From Eledone cirrhosa (taxonomy: Eukaryota), in assembly GCA_964016885.1 (NCBI GenBank), contig OZ024743.1:93930001-93994000 (forward strand): a stretch of DNA of 64,000 nucleotides, in the 5' to 3' direction. A program made the translations under genes and the position numbers. Below, in pieces: positions 9,770 through 19,755 of the stretch (position 1 is its first letter; each line of letters starts with the position of its first letter). A model generated the notes under the pieces. It saw nothing but the letters and a program-made list of their open reading frames with translations. It was not told the origin of the DNA and made no database searches.

Positions 9770-11736
9770 TGAGAGTTGTTAGGTTGCACTGGTTTGCATG
9801 GATTCCCTTGACTTTCTGTCGCCATCCAATTTTATTGTTCAATAGGGGAATTGTTAGGTCGCTCTGCTAGCATGGATTCCCTTGACTTTCTGTTATCCAA
9901 TTTTATTGTTCAATAGGGGAATTGTTAGGTCGCTCTGCTAGCATGGATTCCCTTGACTTTCTGTTATCCAATTTTATTGTTCAATAGGGGAATTGTTAGG
10001 TCGCTCTGCTAGCATGGATTCCCTTGACTTTCTGTTATCCAATTTTATTGTTCAATAGGGGAATTGTGAGGTCGCTCTGCTAGCATGGATTCCCTTGACT
10101 TTCTGTTATCCAATTTTATTGTTCAATAGGGGAATTGTTAGGTCGCTCTGCTAGCATGGATTCCCTTGACTTTCTGTTATCCAATTTTATTGTTCAATAG
10201 GGGAGTTGTTAGGTTGCTCTGCTAGCATGGATTCCCTTGACTTTCTGTTATCCAATTTTATTGTTCAATAGGGGAATTGTTAGGTCGCTCTGCTAGCATG
10301 GATTCCCTTGACTTTCTGTTATCCAATTTTATTGTTCAATAGGGGAGTTGTTAGGTTGCTCTGCTAGCATGGATTCCCTTGACTTTCTGTTATCCAATTT
10401 TATTGTTCAATAGGGGAATTGTTAGGTCGCTCTGCTAGCATGGATTCCCTTGACTTTCTGTTATCCAATTTTATTGTTCAATAGGGGAATTGTTAGGTCG
10501 CTCTGCTAGCATGGATTCCCTTGACTTTCTGTTATCCAATTTTATTGTTCAATAGGGGAATTGTGAGGTCGCTCTGCTAGCATGGATTCCCTTGACTTTC
10601 TGTTATCCAATTTTATTGTTCAATAGGGGAATTGTTAGGTCGCTCTGCTAGCATGGATTCCCTTGACTTTCTGTTATCCAATTTTATTGTTCAATAGGGG
10701 AGTTGTTAGGTTGCTCTGCTAGCATGGATTCCCTTGACTTTCTGTTATCCAATTTTATTGTTCAATAGGGGAGTTGTTAGGTCACTCTGCTAGCATGGAT
10801 TCCCTTGACTTTCTGTCGCCATCCAATTTTATTGTTCAATAGGGGAATTGTGAGGTCACTCTGCTAGCATGGATTCCCTTGATTTTCTGTTGTCATCCAA
10901 TTTTATTGTTCAATAGGGGAATTGTGAGGTCACTCTGCTAGCATGGATTCCCTTGACTTTCTGTCGCCATCCAATTTTATTGTTCAATAAGGGAGTTGTT
11001 AGGTCACACTGGTTTGCATGGATTCCCTTGACTTTCTGTTGTCATCCAATTTTATTGTTCAATAAGGGAGTTGTTAGGTCACACTGGTTTGCATGGATTC
11101 CCTTGACTTTCTGTTGTCATCCAATTTTATTGTTCAATAAGGGAGTTGTTAGGTCGCACTGGTTTGCATGGATTCCCTTGACTTTCTGTTGTCATCCAAT
11201 TTTATTGTTCAATAAGGGAGTTGTTAGGTCACACTGGTTTGCATGGATTCCCTTGACTTTCTGTTGTCATCCAATTTTATTGTTCAATAGGGGAGTTGTT
11301 AGGTCACACTGGTTTGCATGGATTCCCTTGACTTTCTGTTGTCATCCAATTTTATTGTTCAATAAGGGAGTTGTTAGGTCGCACTGGTTTGCATGGATTC
11401 CCTTGACTCTCTGTTGTCATCCAATTTTATTGTTCAATAAGGGAGTTGTTAGGTCGCACTGGTTTGCATGGATTCCCTTGACTCTCTGTTGTCATCCAAT
11501 TTTATTGTTCAATTAGGGAGTTGTTAGGTCGCACTGGTTTGCATGGATTCCCTTGACTCTCTGTTGTCATCCAATTTTATTGTTCAATAAGGGAGTTGTT
11601 AGGTCGCACTGGTTTGCATGGATTCCCTTGACTCTCTGTTGTCATCCAATTTTATTGTTCAATAGGGGAGTTGTTAGGTTGCACTGCTAGAATGGATTTC
11701 CTTGGCTTTCTGTCGCCATCTAATTTTATTGTTCAT
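9770..11736. repeat. 71/74/75-bp minisatellite, ~27 copies
   Basis: 13 units of 71 bp (9841-10763), 3 of 74 bp, then ~10 of 75 bp, plus a leading 75-type unit; core GCATGGATTCCCTTGACTTTCTGT...ATCCAATTTTATTGTTCAATA. Confidence 0.97.
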
Positions 11737-11789
11737 TATATTCGGCAGGTCAGAGGAACTGCAGTTTATGTTGTCACAAATCTACTTGA

Positions 11790-11928
11790 TGTAGGTCTTG
11801 CAAGATTCAAGGTAAACTCACTAATGTAGGTCTTGCAAGATTCAAGGTAAACTCACTAATGTAGGTCTTCCAAGATTCAAGGTAAACTCACTAATGTAGG
11901 TCTTCCAAGATTCAAGGTAAACTCACTA
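11790..11928. repeat. 35-bp tandem repeat x4 (TGTAGGTCTTSCAAGATTCAAGGTAAACTCACTAA), unrelated to the large satellite
   Basis: GTAGG recurs at 11791, 11826, 11861 and 11896. Confidence 0.95.
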
Positions 11929-12018
11929 TTGCTGGGATCATGATAAAATGCACACAGTACACCCTTCAAAATAACTGTTGAGTGAAGAGGATAAAGCAAC
12001 CTCTCTAGTGTTGGTGCT

Positions 12019-12191
12019 CAGTGCTGGATTTAAGACAAATGAGGCCCAGTGCTAGTTAAGTTATGAGGTCCCTTAACTGGGCCCTGAAGGAAGTAGTTCA
12101 CTGTAAAAACAATTTGGCAGGAAGATGGGCCCCATGGCCAACAGGGCCTTGTGCTTATGTACATCTAAGCACAATGGGAAATCCAGCACTG
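12019..12191. mobile_element. MITE (hAT-like ends), 173 bp
   Basis: Perfect 13-bp terminal inverted repeats CAGTGCTGGATTT / AAATCCAGCACTG; the candidate 8-bp TSD matches only 5/8. Confidence 0.65.
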
Positions 12192-12984
12192 TTTATGATA
12201 AAATGTACCCAGTACATTCTGTAAAATATGTTATGTTGCAGATTGGAGGTCATAACATCCTAGAACATTGAGTATTAGAAGGTCACGTCAAGTCACCCGT
12301 TTTCTGTAAAGGAAACATGAAGCGTTATCTACAAATTCCTCATCAATTATCATTATTATTTTCTTTAAAATGTTTCATTTTATTTTATTGACCTTGGGTG
12401 GATATTTGAACTGTACAAAGTTAGGTTACTTGTATTTAATGTGAATTATAAATGAATTCAGATATTAAAATAATATACAATTAAGAAATTATGTATACAA
12501 ATAAACCTAATTTACATTTTAAAAAAAAAGGGAGTTGAAGTTGAAGACACAATTCAATCACACGCCACAAAGGGCGCTGGAGTGCAACATTGCCGTAAGT
12601 CTATGACGCTGGAATAACCAAGCACATAAGCGTGCATCACCTGATATGTTTGTATGGTGAGCCGCCAATAATGACAAAAACTTAGTTGTCAGCGGCACAT
12701 CTCCCCCAAACATATCGAACACCACTGAATTAAAAAATAGTTTGCATAAATAGGAAGAACTGGCAAGAGCAGGAGAGCGTTGTATTAAATTATTGTTTTA
12801 CATAATTTTGCATTCTAAGCCTGGCTGGATTATCTGTTACCTTTGTTCTTCATAGGTATTAGTAATACACTTAGATCAAATATATCGATTAGAACTCCCT
12901 CCTACCTACAAAAAAGTTTCAAGCAATAAATAGATGAGACATTATTCTTTCACACTTCTATTGGGGTTGAAAATATAAATACTA

Positions 12985-13410
12985 GCGATATATTGAGGAG
13001 CCTGGACACAGCTAGCTTCCCATCACTAGAGCCAGCAGGCCTTGACCGCGGTGACAGCAAGCTCCCCGATGGAATCACCCTCACCTATTCGAAGGAGGTA
13101 GATCCCTCATCTGGGACATCATATGTTGTGACTCGTTCTCCACCTCCAACTTAGTCGCTTCAACCACAAACCCCGGTACTGCGGCTCGCAATGCAGAGTA
13201 AAGGAAGACAAAACATATAGCGGGGATTATCCCACCGCTCGCCATCGAGACCTCAGGCGTACTTGGAGTCCATTCGCAAGATCGGAACATCGGCGGCCCG
13301 TCTGAAGAAGGAGTCCCGCGAGGTGAGGTGATTGTTGCAGCCATAGTCCGCAGGAATGCTTTTGCGGTCTCGTCCGCAGGGCGCAGCCCTATCACCGCTG
13401 TGCCCTAGGC
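12985..13410 (+). mobile_element. Decayed CRE-like non-LTR retrotransposon 3' end (restriction-like endonuclease domain)
   Basis: Frameshifted translation LEPAGLDRGDSKLPDGITL / FEGGRSLIWDIICCDSFS...PGTAARNAE*RK...PLAIETSGVLG...AIVRRNA, matching the RPDG...WD...AE..K..KY...ETxG...QRGNA pattern. GC-rich island followed by a T-rich tract. Confidence 0.75.
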
Positions 13411-13988
13411 CAAATCACCCTCCCCATTCTTCTGTGAACCCCAGAGCCCTTACCTTTCCGTTTTTTTTTATATTTTATTTTACATTCCATTCTTTCTTCT
13501 CAATCTAAAAAAATAAATTTCTTTTTTTTATTAAATTGTTTTTACTATTATAATCACCAATTTACTAGTTTTCTAAATAAATAGAAAGATTTAAAAAAAG
13601 TGTAAATAACTGAAATTATTGTCCCATATTATACAAGGCCACCGAAGAGGCAGGATTAGAACAATTCTTTTATGGAAAAACAAACAAACTACAATTTGAT
13701 ATCAATATTTCATGATAAAAATAATTGCAAAAAAAAAAAAAATAATTGCTACTAATAACTAAACATATTGTACATTTATTTCTCCCGATAATCTTGTATA
13801 AGAACATGACTGCCTCTTATGTACTTCCTTGTTTAATATAGAACATGAAGTTTGATAGTTAAAATAGTGTTTTTATTTAGCTTGAATTTATTCCACAGAA
13901 TAGGCAAATTGATAACAGTTTAAAAAAAAATAGAAATAAATACCTTAAAGTGAACGAACCAATCTGTTGGAACGTCAAGATACAATTT

Positions 13989-14384
13989 TCAGACTTTGCT
14001 GCCGATACATAAACATACACCAAGAACAACAAGTAACATGCCAAGTTGTGATTGGCGTGGAATTTTTTCCCCGAGGAAAAAGCCTGTTAAGACTGTAAAC
14101 ACAAATGTGAGGGAGTTAGTTAAGGGCACAGCAATAGAAAGATCAGCTGAAGCTAGAGTTAAATAAAATATAACAGAGCCGCACTGGTTAATTAGGAAAG
14201 TCGCAACATATTTCCAACGAACTACCAGAAACAATAGCTCTGACTTAAGCTGTAGAACGGGGTTTGTTTCTTGTATATTCTGAATGCCAGCACTCGTTTT
14301 CTTTAGTAAAGGATTAGTACAGCCCCATGTTATTGAAACTAACAATAGCCACAAAGCGCTTATTAAAGTGTCTGAAAAAGTCAT
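13989..14384 (-). CDS. TMEM234: Transmembrane protein 234 (small four-TM, DMT/EamA-like fold), intronless ORF, 131 aa
   Basis: Family motifs WGCTNPLLK, FLINQCGS, DLSIAVPLTNSLTFVFT and LGEK; four hydrophobic segments; intact ATG to TGA. Confidence 0.92.
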   Translation of the reverse strand: MTFSDTLISALWLLLVSITWGCTNPLLKKTSAGIQNIQETNPVLQLKSELLFLVVRWKYVATFLINQCGSVIFYLTLASADLSIAVPLTNSLTFVFTVLTGFFLGEKIPRQSQLGMLLVVLGVCLCIGSKV

Positions 14385-14733
14385 CGGAAATTAACTTGTA
14401 TAAAAGATAATTATAAACATTGGATAAATAAAAGATAATTATAAACTTTGGATAAACATAGTAACCGTCGGCGAAGACTCAGAACATGTCCCTTATACAA
14501 ATTAAATCTTTAACCACGTACCTACACACATTCAAATTAACCCTAAATAGAAACCAATAAAGTTCAACTGATATAAGTTTACTTCTAAATAGATGTTAAT
14601 TTGACAAGTGCAGCGTTGACTAAATTGTATTTATTAATTTTACATTTCAATTAATTATTTTTTTAATTAGATAGCAAAACGGGTAGGATGTGTGAAATAC
14701 AGGGAGACAACTCCTGGAGTATCCGGTCTCACA
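14385..14733. promoter_or_regulatory. Inferred bidirectional promoter / 5' UTR region between TMEM234 (-) and NDUFA6 (+)
   Basis: Divergent start codons are separated by 349 bp. Contains a 28-bp direct duplication (14401-14457) and a minus-strand donor-like AG|GTACGT at 14522/14521. No TSS evidence. Confidence 0.65.
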
Positions 14734-14863
14734 ATGGCTACTTCACGCGCTCCAGTTCAGGGTTTGAAGCTTGTGAAACCCATACTGTCTGTCGATGGCA
14801 CTGAGGCTAGGAGAAGGGTTCTTAATTTATACAAGGCATGGTATAGACATTTACCATACATAG
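14734..14863 (+). CDS. NDUFA6: NADH:ubiquinone oxidoreductase subunit A6 (B14, LYR family), exon 1
   Basis: MATSRAPVQGLKLVKPILSVDGTEARRRVLNLYKAWYRHLPYI; good Kozak context acaATGG; donor AG|GTAAGG; phase 1. Confidence 0.95.
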
Positions 14864-15109
14864 GTAAGGGTTTCTTTCTTCTCTACCTACCTTAAAAATG
14901 ATTTCATTTTGTAGGTTGTTGTATGTCATTGTGAAGGACATGTGAAAATGATTATATCTTCTGTTTATATGGAAAAACATTTATTGAAATTATTTTATTC
15001 TATTTTGATACCCTTATATGAGTAAAACTGCTATTTAATACATAGACATAAACTAAATATGAGATTTGACAATCCTATCAACTTATATTAATTGTTGCCT
15101 TGTCAAGGA

Positions 15110-15435
15110 CATGACAGCCTCCTTAGTGTTTGGTGACCAACATGATAAATGCACCCAGTACACGCTGTAAAGTGGTTGGTGATAAGAAAGGCATCCAACC
15201 GTAGAAATCTTGCCAAACAAAAGGATCAAGAGGAACCTCAGTTGTGCCAAAGACATGACAACCTCTCCTGTGCACTTGATGAAGTGTCAACTGTACATAA
15301 AGCGAGACACAGTTCCCTGGCCTGCCTGGGAGATCAGTGTCACCGCTTCAGTACTGATTTGGTCTGTGTAGGCCTGTCAAACCCTTGCTAGCAGGGAAAG
15401 TGGACATTAAAATGACGGCAATGACGATGATGATG
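15110..15435 (+). mobile_element. LINE-3'-end/SINE-like element
   Basis: CACCCAGTACACGCTGTAAAGTGGTTGGTGATAAGAAAGGCATCC...GCTAGCAGGGAAAGTGGACATTAAAATGA-(GAT)n. Confidence 0.7.
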
Positions 15436-15814
15436 AATTGCATGGCTAAGTGGTTTAGAAGTTTGCTCTCAGTCACAAAGTTTCAGGTATGATCCGACTG
15501 CACTTAGGAAGAGTATCTTTTGGTGTGTCCTATGCCTTGTGAGTGAAATTGAGTTGCTGCTGGGTGGTGTGTAGAAACCAATGACAAAATCATTTGGAGG
15601 ATGGAATGGAATAACAGTCTAGCAACTTGGTGTCCAAACAATACTAATTACTAATTCTGATCTATTAAGAAAATTATTTAAATGGGTAAATTATTATATT
15701 ATTGATGCAATATATTTCATGTTGTCATGGTATTTTTCTCAGTCATTTTGAATCATCACAATCTAAATTTCTACACTCTTTGTTGTTTATACATGAATCT
15801 AAAGTGCTTACACT

Positions 15815-16065
15815 CTTGATAGGAAGGGCATCTAGCCGAAGAAAAACTGCCAACAACATAAAATCCAGAAGACTCTTCAGTTATGCCAAAAACATGTCAA
15901 CTTCCCTAGTGTTGCTCCATGATAAAATCCACTTGGTAGAGTGCAAGATTGTATATTGGGCCTCCAGCCCATCTGGCAGTCAGAGGTTCCACTGCAATAC
16001 TGACTCGTCTGTGACATTTTCAGCCCTTGCTAGCTGGGAAACTGAATGTTAAACAATGATGACGA
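15815..16065 (+). mobile_element. LINE-3'-end/SINE-like element, decayed
   Basis: TAGGAAGGGCATCTAGCCG...CCCTTGCTAGCTGGGAAACTGAATGTTAAACAATGATGA. Confidence 0.6.
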
Positions 16066-16161
16066 ATGAATAATCTCTCCATGCATTTGGGTGCTTGATT
16101 TTTAAAAATGATTATTGCTGTTTAGGACTGTTAATTTCATTTTTGTTTATTTCTGTTTCAG

Positions 16162-16277
16162 TGCGTGACTATGATATCCCTATAACTCTCGGTGATTGTA
16201 AAAGCAAACTTCGGGAATCATTTTGGAAAAATCAACATGTTACAGATCTTCGAACCATAGACCTTCTGGTCATTAAG
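16162..16277 (+). CDS. NDUFA6: NDUFA6 exon 2
   Basis: (V)RDYDIPITLGDCKSKLRESFWKNQHVTDLRTIDLLVIK; acceptor ttctgtttcAG, donor AAG|GTACTT; 116 nt restores the frame. Confidence 0.95.
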
Positions 16278-16699
16278 GTACTTTTGGAAATATTTCTTTC
16301 ATAGAAATTAAGCTAGTACAAATCATCTCATTGTTTTTATGTCTGTTTTTCCACTTATATGTATACAGCTATGTTAAAGCAAACACCTTAATTCTATTTT
16401 CCGGCCAAGCCAGCCGGCAGCTCTATTTGCAAATGAGGCTAATCAACCAAAGTACGTAGGTGTCAAAACTATATGTTTTCGCCTATATTGATTTCCAGCA
16501 GAGAGGAGGGCAAAGGAACGTGTTGATAACTACCAGAATCAGAAACGATTATCATCATCAACAGTTACCCACCCTTGCTTCTGCTGGAATCATCAGTTTC
16601 CAAATTTTATAGCTGAAGGCTTTCAAAATGTTTATTCATAAACATACCATACATCACTAGATATACAAGTACTCATACTTACATGCATACATCTATGTT

Positions 16700-16775
16700 A
16701 GAGTGGAGAGATGCTGTGCTGAATAGGACCTGTCCCACCCTTGCAAGCAGGGAAAAGCGGACGTAAAATGATGAT
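16700..16775 (+). mobile_element. Short RTE 3' end (same family as 21367-21650)
   Basis: GTGGAGAGATGCTG...CCCACCCTTGCAAGCAGGGAAAAGCGGACGTAAAATGATGAT. Confidence 0.8.
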
Positions 16776-16786
16776 ATATATATATA

Positions 16787-16867
16787 TCATCATCATCATC
16801 ATCATCATCAACGTTTAACGTCCGTGTTCCACGCTTGCATGGGTTTGGACGGGGGTAGTCCCACTTA
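16787..16867 (-). mobile_element. ~80-nt RTE 3' end within an (AT)n tract
   Basis: Reverse complement appears identical by eye to 1380-1455. Confidence 0.9.
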
Positions 16868-17595
16868 TATATATATATATATATATATATATTCTTTATT
16901 ATGGCTAAGAAGTGAGTCCTGTTACTCTGGATGGAGAGAGAGTCAAATTTAGAAACAGGTCAATGGTACCTTAGAATTGTCTTCATTTAAAGATGAAAAG
17001 TCAACTCATGCCAGTGTGGAATGTGAAATGAGGATGATTAGATTTTTAAAATTTGATAGATGCATGTATAATGTTTCATTTCCAATTTCTTGCACCAAGC
17101 TGACTATGACATGTAAAATTGGGTCTTTGTTGTGTTTTCTAACCTTCTTCAAACTTGAAGTCTCCCCCCCCCCCCCCCCCCCCGTCTAAATTTAGCACTG
17201 TATCCATCTTTAAGTTATACTTACAAGAAAACTTGTACTCAACACTGTAAGCTATCAAAATACTCATGAATTATAAGGCTCATGTTGCTTACAGCAATGA
17301 CTGGTAGTATTCAATACTATTTATTTGTACTTAAGTCAACTGAATCATTTGAAAGTTTCAGGCTCTGATCCTGGACATAGCACAGCATCAGTGTCAGGAT
17401 ATGAACTGTGGAATTATCTTAAATCATTAGTTGTTGAAGTTGACAATGACCTATTTTTACTTGATACTAGACCACCCGTGACCCGTTGGGTCACGTTCAC
17501 TTCAAAATATAAAAAAAAATCATGTTCACTTAAAAATAATTTTTAAATAATTAAAATATACGCAGACATGTATATAATGTGAAACTGGAAGGCCC

Positions 17596-17760
17596 ATATA
17601 TATACGTGTGTGTATGTATATATATAAATGTGTGTGTGTATATACATATATATATATATATGTGGGCATCTGTGATCTGTATACACTGGTCATAGACACA
17701 CACACACACACACATATATATACATACACACACACACTCACATATATATATACACAACAC
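17596..17760. repeat. Mixed (TA)/(TG)/(CA) microsatellite
   Basis: Direct reading. Confidence 0.9.
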
Positions 17761-18037
17761 CACCACCTATCTCTTTCAATCTACTCTCTCACAACCACTA
17801 CCTCTTTCTCTCTATCCTTTTCCCTCTCTCTGTTTATGAAGGTACCCAGAAAAAACTCCATATCTTGGGAAACCGTCCTCCAATTTACGTGAAACTTGTT
17901 TTATTCTATTTGTATTCACATTTCAGGGTCAACTTCCTTTCAAAGTATTTTCCCATTCTGCGCCCTTTTGGCCGTATTACATTACAGACAAGCAAGCAAG
18001 CAATTGCAGAGTTTTAGTAATATATATATATACAAAG

Positions 18038-18283
18038 GAGACTGAGGTTAGCTGGACATGCTCACCGACATCCAGAGTTGACACTGCACTCAGTGCTCCT
18101 GTGGGAGCCCGTACATGGACACACTGGAAGAGGAAGACCAAGGTTAATGTATGTTGATGCCCTAAGGACAGACACTGGTCTATTGGAGATGCAGGACATG
18201 GCAGCGATAATGAGGGACAGAGACTGCTGGAAAGAACTCGTCCATGGATCTCGGGAATTTTACCCACCCTAGATAGATAGATA
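18038..18283 (+). mobile_element. RTE-like LINE 3' fragment (separate subfamily) with (TAGA)n tail
   Basis: RLRLAGHAHRHPELTLHSVLLWEPVHGHTGRGRPRLMYVDAL...AIMRDRDCWKELV, then TAGATAGATAGATA. Confidence 0.85.
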
Positions 18284-18412
18284 ATATAAAGATTTGTGTG
18301 TAAGGTGTATAATTTTTTGTTCCAGATGTATTAGGAGTGATGTAGTGTAGAGCATTGGAGTGGGATAGAAGTGTAGGGTTTTGGACTATGGTCTTATTAT
18401 TTGGGCAACTAA

Positions 18413-18527
18413 GGGTGGTGGATTGGCAGGTAGAGCATCGGACAACAGGCTTGCAACATGTTCTGAGATGAAATCCCAGTGAGGTTAGCTTTGCCTTTCA
18501 TTCTTACTGGGTTGGTAAAGTACCAGA
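18413..18527 (+). mobile_element. SINE (second family), decayed
   Basis: GTTCTGAGATGAAATCCCAGTGAGGTTAGCTTTGCCTTTCATTC...AAAGTACCAG. Confidence 0.55.
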
Positions 18528-18617
18528 CAAAATGGAACAATGTTTTCTGCTGATAGAAGAATTGATCTTGTGATATTTTAGTCTATAAATCCAGTAATAT
18601 TTTTAATTTCTCAGCTA

Positions 18618-18818
18618 TCATCCTTCATCATCACCATTTAACGTCTACTTTCTATGGTAGCATGGATTAGATGAGTTGTCCTATTTTGAGACAAATCAGA
18701 TCAGGTGACCGTCTCTTGCTTATACAGAACTGTTTCTGACTTGGTTTCTATAGCTGAATGCTCTTCCTAATACCAACCACATTTACAACGTGGGCTGTCT
18801 GCTTTTTATCATGGCACC
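18618..18818 (-). mobile_element. LINE-3'-end/SINE-like element
   Basis: (CAT)n-TTTAACGTCTACTTTCTATGGTAGCATGG...TTCCTAATACCAACCACATTTACA. Confidence 0.75.
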
Positions 18819-19009
18819 AAAGAAAATTAGTTTTCTTAATAAAGCTCAAATTTTGTAAAAGACAGTAACGAAACGTGGTGTTTATACCTTTATCAAAAAC
18901 ATTAACCAACAAAGGAGCCTACATACAATTGCTTGGTTTGCTAGAAATATCAATCAAATCCCTCTCAAATTACACTATGATATTTTAAATAGCAAAATAT
19001 ACATTCAGC

Positions 19010-19187
19010 ATGATATACATACTGTAAATGTGGTTGATGTTAGGAAGGGCATCCAGCCATAGAAACCAAGCCCAAATCAGTTCTGTATGAGCAAGAAGTG
19101 GGCATCTGGCCTGGCTTATTTCACAATGGGAGAACTTGTCTAACTCATGCTAGTGTGGAAAAATGGACATTAAATGGTGATGATGAT
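19010..19187 (+). mobile_element. LINE-3'-end/SINE-like element
   Basis: CTGTAAATGTGGTTGATGTTAGGAAGGGCATCCAGCC...GGAAAAATGGACATTAAATGGTGATGATGAT. Confidence 0.75.
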
Positions 19188-19578
19188 ACAACATACGAGC
19201 TGATTCAATTGAAGTCCTTCTGCCTAATTAGGACTGATCTGCAGCTAAATAACATTAACATTAACATTGTAAGTGAAAATGAATTAACTTCAACTGGGAC
19301 TCAAGTGTGCCTCATGGCAGCTCATCTTTGTTCTATTTAGAATATTGTTATGCAAGTCCACCATGTGAGGTGGTAGTGCAGGTGCTATAATGAAAAGCAG
19401 TTAGTTCACTGTGTAAGGTGGTAGTATTGGAGTCACATTAAAATGCTCCCAGTACATGCTGTAAAGTGGTTGGCATTATGAAGGGCATTCCATTAGGAAG
19501 GGCATTCAGTTGTAGAAACCAAGCCAAAAATAGAATGTTTAACCAAGACATGGTTACCTGACCAGTCTAGCCTCAGTA

Positions 19579-19755
19579 CACCTATGCGACCACTTCACAG
19601 AGTGGGCTGGGTGCTTTTTGTTGTGACACCTACATGACCACTTTACAGTGTGGGCTGTGTGCTTTTTATTATGACACCTACATGACCACTTTACAGTGTG
19701 GGCTGGGTGCTTTTTGTTGTGACACCTACATGACCACTGAACAGTGTGAACTGGG
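19579..19755. repeat. 48-bp tandem repeat, ~3.6 copies, related to the LINE 3' UTR subrepeat
   Basis: CACCTACATGACCACTTTACAGTGTGGGCTGGGTGCTTTTTGTTGTGA units; the reverse complement resembles 1207-1255. Confidence 0.85.

Noticed and set aside
10953-11516. 187-aa ORF with a 25-aa repeat
   Set aside because: Translation of the 75-bp minisatellite with a non-ATG start; the informative homology is on the opposite strand.
13081-13395. 104-aa minus-strand ORF
   Set aside because: Antisense of the GC-rich CRE-like fossil; no recognisable protein.
14692-14733. N-terminal extension of NDUFA6 in the ORF track
   Set aside because: Starts at GTG; the ATG at 14734 has good Kozak context and gives the expected protein length.
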